Origin: a virus
Lineage: Duplodnaviria > Caudoviricetes
IMG/VR virus record: IMGVR_UViG_3300033067_001294
Coordinates: 1 to 39,789 of that record
Reading direction: 5' to 3' (one strand)
Length of the DNA: 39,789 bases
The translations under genes were made by a program, and so were the position numbers. Positions 15,501 to 23,265 of the stretch are shown one piece after another. The notes beneath the pieces are model-generated. The model saw only the letters and a program-made list of their open reading frames with translations. It was not told the DNA's origin and searched no databases. Within the stretch, counting starts at the first letter, position 1, and the number at the start of each line of letters is the position of its first letter.

Positions 15501-17212
15501 TTTGAATGCGGCCGCTGGCTTTTTATCGAGCTTACAATCTCGCTTGGACTCATGCCCTTCTCTGACAAGGTGGCAATATCCGATTCCAAACTACTCAACC
15601 CGCTGTGCTTGATCCAGTTCGGGTCTATCTTCAGCATTTCCTCGTCGGTCGGCTCGTCGGATACCAAATCAGGGTAGTCCTGGGCGTCGTAAAGATCGTC
15701 AGATTCTTTCTGTAACGCCTCTTCCGTGAACACGTTTTCAAGCCCACCAATTACATCCTCGTCGGTGCGAAGGTCGTGAAGCTGTTTCGGCTGAGTCTGC
15801 TCCTGCTCGCCGGTATAGTCGATCTGCAACAGGCCATCCATGAATTGACGTTCCTGCTGCTCCTGGCTCGCTTCCATGTCCATTCGCCAGAACTCGGGCT
15901 CGATGAAATTCTCGATAACCTCAACCTTCGCGCGAGACGGAGGAATGTATTCCTCCGTGAGTGCCTCTGGCCCCTGCCCCTTCATGCGCTGAAGAGTCGC
16001 AGACGAGAACCCGGTGATACCACCCAGAATCCCGCCGATAAGCACGGCCTGAGCAACCTCATAGCCATTCTCGGCAGTCAGCATCGGGAACTTTTCTGAA
16101 ACCCACCGGAGAGCAGACTTTTCGATAATGGTCTGAAATCCTTCGGTGACGCCTTCTGTTGCTGCATCTTTCAACGCAGACTTGAAAATGTAGGTGAGTG
16201 CCCCTTCTTGAAAGGCCCTCTTGCCAATCTCGCCCGCCACCTTTGCGCCGAACAGACTCCCGAGGCGAGTGTTTACGGCAGTCAGAAACGGCAGTTCCAA
16301 TGCGCCGGCCGCGACCCCGAAAACGGTTGCAACGCCAGGTCGGAGTTCACCGGTCTTCTGGTGAATGTCCTGATAGATGCCCGCTGCTTCCTGAGTCATG
16401 GCACTGCCGACACCGAGAGCCGTTGCGCCACGAACACCCCACCCAAGAGCCTTCGCGCCAGCCCACCCGCCAGCGATAGACAAAAGCATCTGAGGAGCGT
16501 TCTCGAACACGCCAGACGCGGCCATTTCTGCAAAGTCAGTCCAGCCATATCCCGGCGTGGTCATTACCTGCTGAAGACTCGGCGCGGCCCCTGGAAAAGC
16601 CTCGATGCTCCACCGCTGAAGAGCGTCTGTCTCTTTGGCGATGTTCTTTGCCGTCAGGTGCAACACGTCATCCTCGTTGCTGCGCTTTTCCTTGCCCCAC
16701 GGAATCACGTCGAGGTTCATGGCGTTGTTCAGTTGTGCCGGCGTCATCGGATCCTTGAACGCGGCAGACTGAGCTTGGTTGAGAATGAAGAAGTTTGCGG
16801 CCTCATCTTCTTGCGGAACTCTCGGGAGACTGGACAGAGCCTCAGCCGCACCGGAGACACCAGACGGAACAACATTCCACAGGTTGACCACGCCGCGCTT
16901 GAGGTAGTTCCCCATGCGGGTCAGAAAGCCCTTCTTGTTTTCGAGCGGTGCGCCGGTAACGTTGATACTCGGCATGACCCCGCCAGGCCCCGGCATGGAA
17001 ACCTCTGGAGTTGGCAACCGGGTTTCCTGGAAGGGCTTCATTTCTTCGAGAGTCTTGAAGCCTGCCGTTACCATCTCGGCCCCGTCGTATGGCTTCAATA
17101 CCGGAACCGGTTCAGGTGCTCCCGAGGGTGCTGGTTGTCCTTTCGGAGCAAACAAAGCATCTTCCGAAATGTCGAGTTCGTTCTCGTCAAATTCCCAGGA
17201 GCGTTTTTTCAT
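6557..17212 (-). CDS. 3551-aa DarB-like polyvalent virion/ejection protein: N6-adenine methylase + SNF2-like helicase, FtsK-gamma-like domain
   Basis: VLEPAIGSG and DLIVSNVPF (MTase motifs I and IV); HVVGAGKT, VDEAHHFKN, TGTPISN, GAGTNIQ, PWRPSDLEQGDGR (SF2 helicase); Gly/Ala hydrophobic termini; last large gene of the virion operon. Confidence 0.9.
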   Translation of the reverse strand: MKKRSWEFDENELDISEDALFAPKGQPAPSGAPEPVPVLKPYDGAEMVTAGFKTLEEMKPFQETRLPTPEVSMPGPGGVMPSINVTGAPLENKKGFLTRMGNYLKRGVVNLWNVVPSGVSGAAEALSSLPRVPQEDEAANFFILNQAQSAAFKDPMTPAQLNNAMNLDVIPWGKEKRSNEDDVLHLTAKNIAKETDALQRWSIEAFPGAAPSLQQVMTTPGYGWTDFAEMAASGVFENAPQMLLSIAGGWAGAKALGWGVRGATALGVGSAMTQEAAGIYQDIHQKTGELRPGVATVFGVAAGALELPFLTAVNTRLGSLFGAKVAGEIGKRAFQEGALTYIFKSALKDAATEGVTEGFQTIIEKSALRWVSEKFPMLTAENGYEVAQAVLIGGILGGITGFSSATLQRMKGQGPEALTEEYIPPSRAKVEVIENFIEPEFWRMDMEASQEQQERQFMDGLLQIDYTGEQEQTQPKQLHDLRTDEDVIGGLENVFTEEALQKESDDLYDAQDYPDLVSDEPTDEEMLKIDPNWIKHSGLSSLESDIATLSEKGMSPSEIVSSIKSQRPHSNVTVREVENTVESLKEIGILSNTPSAINLPYDAPAPAEKSLGERAVDFLKTQKQVSTPAIQKALNISFNQASNLLDEFERLGMVSPQDQSNKRVVTIPDATESPVSVTSEAKQAPEVKVSPKVQAVIEELNPSGGVTIVPTEKRPGTMTVSGGTAQAPEVKISPKKEDAKPPLGDIVVKSLETGKETKIPVTDESKAPSAPVQKVIEKLGSKPATSSQPEGLHYIEEIKGKPGRYEVMVIRNGKPVALPPPVSGPGAVNEGLHKQLAQQIANNENRKAQDGVHYIEEIKGRKGRYAVKVKRDGIVETLAVPVTPTRAGVQLGYTQDEAQKIADEKNTDGVSATSDVISTPEEKSDERQNSPSPEQDGVAPTEAERMGSASPELSGGSRPESAQGTSESGNAEEGGVSDRGKPERHNRGTAKPRDVVRRSKERKPGDVALQPSGENDGPTGVSGEVSSTPKDPRKLDFVHDPNDSALEGKISPKERFQNNLSAIRLLKTLAEENRLATAEEQRVLALYSGWGPLPQAFVKGHSSDIYYRYIEEYNKTPEEAFEKAWEYGFGSWNRPTQTDLDWKERRKELLATMTQEQYEAARASTINAHFTAPALVRAIWSGLAAMGFNGGRVLEPAIGSGLFVSNMPPGIRSRSGVTGIDMDTTSAELSKHLFQRAKIINKPFQEVALPDNFFDLIVSNVPFADVAISHKGKPYDKFLLHDYYFARSLDLVRPGGIVAFITSKGTMDKQGKRVREIISNDYRNSDGTSRPGFDLLAAIRYPRNAFKDIANTEVVTDLLILRKRTAVDLPVKGIPSDLVEMDGANGAKVRVNRYYSENPKNLLGTLDLQGSMYGSDEPSMAPIEGLDLSEETSKILSAIKIEEDISGKNETANEPVIAEIPLHSYAVKDGKVVQNVKGVLTEPEHLSEKEKKLVRAYVPLQAATSEILAKMADPKTSEEDIKTLQKKLKQEYDKFYKAHGRANDPANKRVLESDPLSGRVLALEKVEQKLVGEKKVKGNSVPVYKNVVVGLAEIFEKRTIRAVPEIESVQNPADAIIVSLTQKGRLDIGYMAKLLGKSEEQTQQEMLDNGLAFSDPSTGAVIQREEYLSGEVKIKLAAAKAAAEIDPKYAKNVSELEKVLPKDVPADQIKIDLGAPWIPPETYRNFFVPHFGMRGKQSGFTLTYSKELGGWIVGLDGITADKGAEWGVANTNYGWDDLLKDTLSLKTPDIAILVQTPTGISKDKEASAKATAVAIQKQRALRQAFRDHLEANPETKKELAKVYNDIYNGYVLREYDGSGLMFPNMDRTVFNGGDVRKNQRDGVWRMLFGGNVGIGHVVGAGKTYTAIAGVMELRRLGLKRKPCVVVPNHLTQQWAMDFLRLYPTAKVLSPGEDDFKATNRRNLVSRIATGDWDVVILPESQFKRINVKQETQAKFIDWQIEQITTAIHASEAEENPGGRGKKSRTVKQLEKQIEKLNEKMKGLLAQARDPGTTFEETGIDYLVVDEAHHFKNLFYSTRMNNVRGLGNPEGSGQAADLFMKINWLRSLSGNSGVASFLTGTPISNSISEIYAMMRYLSPEILDHYGISTFDGWAATFAVPETNLEREIAGTYRAKTRLKFQNVPELVRAFKGTWDIKTQKDIQLPRPEIEGGEPQLVLLPQSEAQKTFAAEVLRRSESIRKQKGPPQKGQDNMLALGTDASLGTLDLRLLNDSNPADPGGKLPAVVTRALDIYHRTTPAKLVQVIFLDRQSPGKKSAKKVKDSSGNVSIVQPRSQFDSYQEVKDKLIAGGVPAGEIAFIHDYPSKSDKQALFDKVNSGDIRFLLGTTEKMGAGTNIQKRLVAIHRLVPPWRPSDLEQGDGRLLRPGNLINSLGFKGMIYNYSVADSFDAWMWDTLARKQIMNDRVLLGDPNVREIDDVSEDQQSMFKKWADETVQDPDQKRLVELQDKMMILSAEEQEHDSFMRNTRRKIQSLEAGIRFGSNDIKRLQDAQAENYTPGKEYADFKIETLDPDLKKKLKAAKTLEEKNLALAERLKAGSKDPAAEYNLTISFGPFEFFVRGTSADWKRNGSNVFNYAPTPTDGNILEKIYYQVSPRGLATKIREAVAKKEELEKQLVAAEEDSAKPFKKQEEFDAIVAEFTALSDKIAKKNAEAEVVVETASDDDTDSDEESSDDGESTSSGLGRRGRGFNYGADTLYVSAKWAAQGLRDAWNWAKDFTGDFLKFAREAARKYGDKLKGKLAAMWGDVLAVRSGRRGMAVNPGDVPAGLTQALFNIVDWATSSVQHTDFLLRDYPDVANQIEKIYGDRREFNDKWEKTLQEIESSLSPDDYELVVDMLEGRVQSAPQHVTEAARKLKAMFATIHDTLRSSGAKIGKVANYWPHYSIADVAAEPDPEALEAIWAERAKDPAYQKKMRGSSWFRSEIKRNEKATREYSTDVPKVARAYVRGASKRIFFGPISQFMARQAMEDQIRAKKAELADLERNPDPRSRESAEYLQVEIEALRARAMMMQYGKALAGAEKMERWRRDLIHNSIMLDLGGADMFESALPHFLIRTFGKLNAKLGIGAAHSGRAVRETTDALTGLWAKALFLFNWGSGLTNLSQSGITAGDTGLLNTAKALTTTFLHLEGWDEPFRNGAIRDDDFFAAYIEKKAKGASLWEYVVRNPMKGSEVLNRLIAYHAGVAELLSRDSNATPEQKKQAGVDSINSSQFDLRDWNRNYLSKTILSPLAFLSNFNIYMLEKILKLYKGLDKMRPGKDGIVTVAKWAAASGIPLVAVYMIGRMLGYDLERKLNPFNNPYFGPLPVLAGGLVNRVAQLVKWAAGPGKVADAADFVSTRAVDSANNDSPGSIAVRQVEDLSGLAYDAIKQVLGTGGKMGYEDLKKAAVGVISTTVPGGLALTKAGKGAANLYRGTVGRDKTPTDAVTEVLRQLGIYRNTEVDAAKLARVKRILGAKAEKEKREPKPKTALQVLQAEKRKKLAAIRAKLNPKKAK
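14149..14439 (-). CDS. Nested alternative-frame gene, TnpV-like small helical protein
   Basis: AGAGGA RBS ~8 nt before ATG; sequence WAPQVLSFLEDHAPSLHKELQKAGTLKK...ARKESLETWLY resembles TnpV; lies in a disordered linker of the host ORF. Confidence 0.65.
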   Translation of the reverse strand: MNDKIAQVLSKMGSRQPKPNAWAPQVLSFLEDHAPSLHKELQKAGTLKKVAYQIGENLSDTIEELQSRGMSFDEARKESLETWLYSQAEKTTGQQE

Positions 17213-17221
17213 GGTGGTTCC

Positions 17222-17965
17222 TTACCGTGCCCCGCCAGAAGCGGGAACCTTGTTCAGAAGCGAATACTTAAGACTCTCTTCCATCGCCGCAATCTCTTGC
17301 GGGGTCAGCCGGCGATTGTATCTCTGCTCGATCTTCGGAAGGTTCTTCTGAATAATCATGCTGAGGTTCATGTTCTCCACCAGTTCGGGACTCATTACCT
17401 TGTTGTTTTCGCGGAAATACCGATGAATCCCGGCACCAAGCTGGTCGGTAATGGAGTTCATCACCCGGGTCATGTCTACCATTCCCCGATCAGGCTCAGG
17501 TGCCTTCTTTGCCTTCGGAGGTTTCGGGGTCTTCGGCATCTTCGGACTGCCGCGCTGGCCCATGCCGATGGGAACCGTGGTCGGAATCACGCCGGGATTC
17601 TTCCCCATGATTTCGGCCATGCGGTTATTGTAAGCCGCCTGGGAGTTGTAAAGCCCGGCCTGCGCGTTCGTCAGGTTGTCTTGAGCGTTCGGCGGTTGAA
17701 AGATCGACTTCGCACCCTCGAATACCCGGTCAAGCAGAGTTTTCTTTGGCGCAACACGGTCGAGGTAGTCACGCCGAAAGTCCAGGTCGGCCGTCGCCAT
17801 CTCTCGCTTGAAAGCGCGGTCATCATCAATGTCTTTCCGTCGCTCCATGCGTTCGAGTTTGCGGTCTTCCCGGTCTTCCCGGTCAGCCTGCCGACGTTTT
17901 CGAGCCGCCATGTAGTTACCGATCGCTGCCGCCAGATTCGCGAAACCATCAGAGTAGTCAGCCAT
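17222..17965 (-). CDS. Putative internal virion / DNA ejection protein
   Basis: Position between tail genes and the giant protein; NLTNAQAGLYNSQA-type low-complexity helices. Confidence 0.6.
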   Translation of the reverse strand: MADYSDGFANLAAAIGNYMAARKRRQADREDREDRKLERMERRKDIDDDRAFKREMATADLDFRRDYLDRVAPKKTLLDRVFEGAKSIFQPPNAQDNLTNAQAGLYNSQAAYNNRMAEIMGKNPGVIPTTVPIGMGQRGSPKMPKTPKPPKAKKAPEPDRGMVDMTRVMNSITDQLGAGIHRYFRENNKVMSPELVENMNLSMIIQKNLPKIEQRYNRRLTPQEIAAMEESLKYSLLNKVPASGGAR

Positions 17966-17974
17966 ATTGCCCCC

Positions 17975-18400
17975 TTAAGCAAACATTCCCGCGACTTTGC
18001 CTACCGTCTCCCATGTCCCTTGCCATCGCTGCCGCTTGTTCACGGCGTTCTGATACGACGCGTCCTGGTTGTAGTATTGGTTCTCCTGCGCCTGCTGCAT
18101 GTTGTCGAGATAGACTTGCCCGAGGACGTTGGCCCGCTTGTTGAAATAGTCCTTCTGAATCTCGGCCATCTTTCCCATTGCGGGCGTGCTCTGCATGAGC
18201 CCTCGGCCTGCAAAGTGGTCGGTCAGACGGCGAATGTCTTTCATCATCTGATCGTCCATGCCGCGAGTCATGTTCTCCTCGGCAAACTTCAGAATCGCGG
18301 GGTCGTATCCGCCCGCGTTCCTGGTCGGCACGTCGGGAATCTTCGGCCCCTTGAAGAAGTTCTTTACCCCTTCCCACGCATCGCTTAGAAAGTTTCCCAT
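17975..18400 (-). CDS. Putative small ejection protein
   Basis: Q/N/M-rich helical protein with Gly-rich hydrophobic end; GGAGG RBS. Confidence 0.6.
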   Translation of the reverse strand: MGNFLSDAWEGVKNFFKGPKIPDVPTRNAGGYDPAILKFAEENMTRGMDDQMMKDIRRLTDHFAGRGLMQSTPAMGKMAEIQKDYFNKRANVLGQVYLDNMQQAQENQYYNQDASYQNAVNKRQRWQGTWETVGKVAGMFA

Positions 18401-18403
18401 GCC

Positions 18404-18733
18404 TTACCTCCTGATGATTGCGGCATACGTTCCCGCCACTGATGCCGTCAGATACACGTTTGTTGCCGACCATGCCGTCGTCCCGTTCGCCACGGCCCCG
18501 GTGCCTGTCGGCTTACCCCGAATAGGATGCTGCAACGTGACCTGAACAAACGACGCAGGAACCGCACCGAGAGCGTGAGGAACGGCTACCTCAGTTCCCG
18601 CGACTGCCACCGTAAAATATACCACGTCAAACAAGCTGTTTGCTATCAATTCGAGACGAGTAATTGCGTTCACCGCTTCCCGGTGATCCAGTTCGTGCAT
18701 CTCGTCGTTGTAGACGGCTCGAATCGGCCTCAT
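18404..18733 (-). CDS. Putative tail-associated structural protein
   Basis: ATGA overlap; VPHALGAVP motif common in small tail proteins. Confidence 0.55.
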   Translation of the reverse strand: MRPIRAVYNDEMHELDHREAVNAITRLELIANSLFDVVYFTVAVAGTEVAVPHALGAVPASFVQVTLQHPIRGKPTGTGAVANGTTAWSATNVYLTASVAGTYAAIIRR

Positions 18734-20343
18734 TCGTCTACCTCGAACTCAACGATGATTGCCCTGATGATGCACTGGCGAAGAATCTGAGAAAGAGACA
18801 CAGAAGAAGACCGGAACAAGTTGAAGCCCACCGCGCAATACTGCGAGTGCTTTCCGATGTCGAACGTCATGTCAGTGCCGCCAGGCACGCTCGCAACGGT
18901 CACGGTTTCAGCGATGGGATTCCCCAGATGAAAGTAGGCCGAAAACGCCGGGCTTGCCGATGCCTTGTTCGCCTTGATGAGAACCCGCGACCACCGCTTA
19001 ACCCCACCGTTCCCGCCATGCTCCAGGCGCATGGTGATTTTACCTTGCGGCTCATAAAATCCTGTCGGATAAACAGAGTCGTCGAGAGCATCACCGGAAT
19101 ATCCGCTGTCGTAATAGTCTTCTTGCCCGTATTGCGTGTGCAGGTAAATTGCCCCATTATCCCATCCGATCAGGACAACAGGCTTGTTCTGCGACACGAA
19201 CGACTGAACGAGAAAGCCGCTGGTGATTGCAGCGGGGAAGTTTCGCCCAGTCTCGGGAGGCAGATCGTAATCGACCAGACCCCACTTCGTTCCGCCTTGT
19301 CCCTTATAAGGGACGTTCCCGAACACGGATGAAATCGTGTCCCAACTCGAACAAAACATGATGAGCTGTTTGGTATCGTCCAAATAAGCAGCTTCAAATC
19401 CAGTTCCGACGCCCCAGTTTGTTTTACTAAAGTGACCGTCTACCAGTTTCACCATTCCGCGACGGCTCACGGCGCACGGAGTATAAGCCTGATCCAGAAA
19501 GAACACGCAGGGGCCGAATCCGGTGAGATTGCCCGAGGTGAAAAATCGTGTGGTTGCATATCCACTACAAGAATACGGAACCTCAAGCCTCTGAACACGC
19601 ATTTCGTCTTCGGTGAACCCGGACAAAACGAAAATACCAGAGTCAGTAAAGATATACAGATCGCTGTCAACAGAGGCAATTCCGACAATGGTTCTACACT
19701 GGCCGACTGCGAAAGAAACTCCGTTCGTGAAGTCTGTCGGGGCTCCCGTTGCGCTCATCTGAACAACGTTCGGGGTCAGATAATCAACCGTGACAAGCCG
19801 TTCATTGTGAACGCACAACATCATCGGAACAAGAGGCCCATAACCAGCCCCAACACCCTCGGAGCCTGCTGTCACGGTAATCTCTCTGATTCCGCCACCC
19901 AATCCGCCGCCATAATGCGTTGCAATGTAGACCTTGCCGTTATACGTCACCATTGGCGGCCTCATGCTCGTCATGCCGATGTTCACTCCAGACGCCGGGC
20001 TCGCCCACGTCCCGAGTGAAAGTGTGCCCCAGGAGACGTGTGCTACTTTGATGTCATACTTGGTTCCAGTCGATTCGTATGTATCAACCACGGCAACCGA
20101 ATCAGTTCCAGGCACGAGACAGAGAGAGACAATCGCGCGATTCGCGGGATGCTGTAATACCTTACGGAATCCGCTTCTCAACGAAACCGTTCCGTCAGGC
20201 CAGAGAGCAACGTTCCGGGCCTCGATCATCTGATTCACCAGCATCGTGCCTTCTGGGTCGTCAGTGCCGAAGGCAACCGGGTTCTTCTGAACCTTGCCAC
20301 CCCTGAAATCGTTGTAGGTAATGCGCTTGATGATTCGTTTCAT
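18730..20343 (-). CDS. Tail nozzle / stabilisation protein (P22 gp10 / T7 gp12-like), paralogue 2
   Basis: N-terminal DFRGG...RN...G.VSLRSG motif; beta-rich; C-terminal KRW. Confidence 0.7.
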   Translation of the reverse strand: MKRIIKRITYNDFRGGKVQKNPVAFGTDDPEGTMLVNQMIEARNVALWPDGTVSLRSGFRKVLQHPANRAIVSLCLVPGTDSVAVVDTYESTGTKYDIKVAHVSWGTLSLGTWASPASGVNIGMTSMRPPMVTYNGKVYIATHYGGGLGGGIREITVTAGSEGVGAGYGPLVPMMLCVHNERLVTVDYLTPNVVQMSATGAPTDFTNGVSFAVGQCRTIVGIASVDSDLYIFTDSGIFVLSGFTEDEMRVQRLEVPYSCSGYATTRFFTSGNLTGFGPCVFFLDQAYTPCAVSRRGMVKLVDGHFSKTNWGVGTGFEAAYLDDTKQLIMFCSSWDTISSVFGNVPYKGQGGTKWGLVDYDLPPETGRNFPAAITSGFLVQSFVSQNKPVVLIGWDNGAIYLHTQYGQEDYYDSGYSGDALDDSVYPTGFYEPQGKITMRLEHGGNGGVKRWSRVLIKANKASASPAFSAYFHLGNPIAETVTVASVPGGTDMTFDIGKHSQYCAVGFNLFRSSSVSLSQILRQCIIRAIIVEFEVDE

Positions 20344-21815
20344 TGTCGCGGCCCCGGTAAAAAGTCGAGTTCGATCTTGTTGAGGTAAACGTGAGAGGTC
20401 TTCGCGGTTGAGCCTGCCGTGCTGTCAGAGAACGCCACATTGAGAGAGGTGTGCTCACGAACCCCACTGACAGGCACAGACACGCACCGGCCAGGCGAAG
20501 CGGTCAGCGAGGTAGAATCTCCACCGTGAGGATTCCCGAAATACTGAGTGACGCTGATGGTGGTAATGCCTGGGATGCTGTTCAGATACAGCCGCGCCTC
20601 TTTCCACCGCTTGAGATTCATCACGCCAACGCTCTCGGGTCTGGTGCGAATCGCCGCAGGTATCTGGTAATAGGTTGAACCGCTCACGTCGTCTTTGATG
20701 AAACCGGATTCGTCGGGTTGCAAGCATCCCTGCTCATAGACCTTGCCGTCAGTCGTGCAGTAGACAAGCCTCTGTTTCGTGGTCGTCGTCTGGCAACAGA
20801 CTGCGCCAAGACCTGAAATCATGTTCGAGGTGAACCGTCCCATCGGCCAGGTGCTTTTGGTCGCCGCATGGCCGGTGTAGACCACCAGAGCCGACGCGGT
20901 ATTGTCTGGCACGATGACCTGACCGAGACGTTCTGAAAACGCGATGCTGTCTTTGAACGTGCGGGCCGTGCCAAGCACGCCGCGACACATCGACCTGACA
21001 CCCTGAGCGGTGGCGAGACAGGGCTTTCCCTCGGTCGAGATGAAGACCACCCCGCCGCCGATGTCCTGAACCGCTCGAAGGAATGACCCGTGAATGGTCA
21101 CTTCGTCAGACACCTTGCGGATCTCGAAACCAGACAAGCTGATACCGCTCGCCACCCACACGCCGCGAGTCGTGAACAGGGCAACGCCGGTTCCCATTTT
21201 GCTGAACGTGAGCAGGGTTCCGAAGTCGGCCGACTGGGGGATTCTCACCCGCCCGCTGTCGTCACCGGCCCAGTGGGTATCGTCGTCCAGGCCAGCGACC
21301 CACAAATGATCGTCACCAGCCTCAAGAGCAATCAGCCTGCCGTTGATCGCATCGAACCTCACCACGTTTGCAAGGGCCGTGGTCAGATTGGCGCAGACCC
21401 CTGCCGGAGTAATCTTCTGCGGGTATCCTGAATCAATCGCCATATACACCGCGTTGTTGTGGGGAAACAGTTGCCGGATGTCTGGCAAAGCCTGACGAAC
21501 CAGCGTAAAGGTGCTGCCATTGAACAGATACACCTTGTTATCCGCGCTTTCGACGCCACCCACAAGCAAGTTGTTTGTGCCAGGGATGCCGCAAACATGA
21601 GTGATGTTCAACCCTGACTTCTGAGCCAGAAACGTAATCCCGTTTCGAGTGTGGATTCCCTTCCCCCGATTGCTGAAGCTCCAGTTGTCGAAGGCAAGGA
21701 ACTCGTTCGGGGCCATGTCCTCTACCGGTGCAGTCTGACCAGCACCAGAAACGGGAGGCTCAAAAAGCCCCCCGCCGAAGTCGTCATAGGTCACGGTTCG
21801 CCTGATCGTCGTCAC
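20340..21815 (-). CDS. Tail nozzle / stabilisation protein, paralogue 1
   Basis: N-terminal DFGGG...DN...G..TRNG motif; C-terminal IRTR...KRW. Confidence 0.7.
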   Translation of the reverse strand: MTTIRRTVTYDDFGGGLFEPPVSGAGQTAPVEDMAPNEFLAFDNWSFSNRGKGIHTRNGITFLAQKSGLNITHVCGIPGTNNLLVGGVESADNKVYLFNGSTFTLVRQALPDIRQLFPHNNAVYMAIDSGYPQKITPAGVCANLTTALANVVRFDAINGRLIALEAGDDHLWVAGLDDDTHWAGDDSGRVRIPQSADFGTLLTFSKMGTGVALFTTRGVWVASGISLSGFEIRKVSDEVTIHGSFLRAVQDIGGGVVFISTEGKPCLATAQGVRSMCRGVLGTARTFKDSIAFSERLGQVIVPDNTASALVVYTGHAATKSTWPMGRFTSNMISGLGAVCCQTTTTKQRLVYCTTDGKVYEQGCLQPDESGFIKDDVSGSTYYQIPAAIRTRPESVGVMNLKRWKEARLYLNSIPGITTISVTQYFGNPHGGDSTSLTASPGRCVSVPVSGVREHTSLNVAFSDSTAGSTAKTSHVYLNKIELDFLPGPRQ

Positions 21816-22504
21816 GGAGTAATCACCACCCTGAAGTTCGTGATTTCACCTTCAGCACTCGTCGGAACCTTCGTCTTGTAGACCACCCCGGGGCCTTTGC
21901 TGCTGCATTGGTTCTTGAGGTCGTTCAGAGCACTCAGAAACTCACCTTTCATCTGAGCGTGCCTGGTGTCATCGAGGTATCGATAGGCTTCCGCGAGCAC
22001 TCCCTTTTCGAGAACGTGAATGTCTTGATCGGGAATCAAGATCGTAGTTCCAGACCCCGCGTTGTCGCTCTCGTTCAAGTCCGGTTCCCTGACGATGTAA
22101 CGGAACCGCAGGCTTCTGGCTGAGTTGGGAATCGGGTAAAAGTAGATCGTGTTCGCCCAAATGCGGAAGTATTCAGGATTTCCGCCCAGGTCTTTCACAA
22201 GCTCCATGTCCCAAAATTGAGACTCGCCCTTGAACACAATCGGTCGGTTGCTTGAGTCCGTGACATCTACCATGTCCAGAACCCGGCGAACGGACAGGGC
22301 AGGAGAAGCTGATTCGGGGGTGTATGTCTCGCTTCCGCTTGCCTGGGTGAGCGACTTCACCATTTGAAGCCACGGCCAGTCATTGTGTGCAGCGCAAATC
22401 TGATGATAGATAGCGTTCGCCCACTTGAGCAGAAGCGTTCTCATCCGTGTTCCGCTGTCTCCGACTTCAGCCTCCATCCCTGTCCGAAACGCCACGTAGT
22501 TCAT
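21812..22504 (-). CDS. Head-tail adaptor (tail tubular protein A-like)
   Basis: DWPWL, GNPEYF, IYFYPIP, IPDQDIHVL motifs; position after capsid genes. Confidence 0.75.
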   Translation of the reverse strand: MNYVAFRTGMEAEVGDSGTRMRTLLLKWANAIYHQICAAHNDWPWLQMVKSLTQASGSETYTPESASPALSVRRVLDMVDVTDSSNRPIVFKGESQFWDMELVKDLGGNPEYFRIWANTIYFYPIPNSARSLRFRYIVREPDLNESDNAGSGTTILIPDQDIHVLEKGVLAEAYRYLDDTRHAQMKGEFLSALNDLKNQCSSKGPGVVYKTKVPTSAEGEITNFRVVITP

Positions 22505-22507
22505 GGT

Positions 22508-23245
22508 TTACCCTTTCTTCTTCGGGGCCTTTCCGCCCTGCGCCTCGGTCGCCTTGTCCTTGAAATACTGAACCTGTTCGGCAAGGTCGGCCTTGTCTTT
22601 CACAAGGTCGTCGATCTGCTTCTTGAGGTCTTCGATCTGCGCTTCGAGCGTCGATTTTTCCGTCATCCCGCCACGAGTGACAAGCTCCAGTTGCTTGGTT
22701 GTTGCGGTGAGCTTTTCGAGCGTCGTGACGTAGGAATCTTCGCTTTTCTTCGCCTTGTCTCGGAGTGAAACGACTTCGGCCAGCAGTTCAGTCTCTTTCG
22801 CGGAGAAGGCTTTCACTTTCTCATCGAGAGAGGCCCGCGCGGCTGAAAGGTCAGCTTCGAGCTTCGCGCATTTCTGGTTCGCCTTCGCCAGTTCTTCAAG
22901 CGACGACGTTGCGGGAGGCAGTTTCTCCAGAGACTCAATCTTGAACCGGAGTTGAAAGATCGTGTCCTTGAGGGTATCGATCTCTTTTCCGAGGTCTTTG
23001 GTGTGGGCCTCCGCGCCTTTCGCGCGTGTTTCGAGTTCGCGCTTTTCGCGTTCGAGGCACCCAACCGCTTCCCGCAGGTCTTTCAACCCGGTCGCCTGTT
23101 CAGCGTTTTCGCCCATGTCGATTCGCCGCTGAAGGTCTGCAACGCGCAGTTTCAGCCGCTCAATCTCGACGTAGGGGTCGGGAGGCTTGGGAACAAGTTT
23201 CCCACCGACAACGTGCATACCTTCAGGAATAAAGTCGTAACCCAT
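22508..23245 (-). CDS. Coiled-coil hypothetical protein
   Basis: Heptad-rich; GGAGG RBS. Confidence 0.7.
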   Translation of the reverse strand: MGYDFIPEGMHVVGGKLVPKPPDPYVEIERLKLRVADLQRRIDMGENAEQATGLKDLREAVGCLEREKRELETRAKGAEAHTKDLGKEIDTLKDTIFQLRFKIESLEKLPPATSSLEELAKANQKCAKLEADLSAARASLDEKVKAFSAKETELLAEVVSLRDKAKKSEDSYVTTLEKLTATTKQLELVTRGGMTEKSTLEAQIEDLKKQIDDLVKDKADLAEQVQYFKDKATEAQGGKAPKKKG

Positions 23246-23265
23246 GTCCCAAACCTCCCTTTAGA

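Noticed and set aside
16208-18388. 726-aa plus-strand ORF and other long antisense ORFs (4724..5920, 23684..24838, 27237..28409, 6518..7414)
   Set aside because: Shadow ORFs opposite well-supported genes in GC-rich DNA, with no recognisable motifs.
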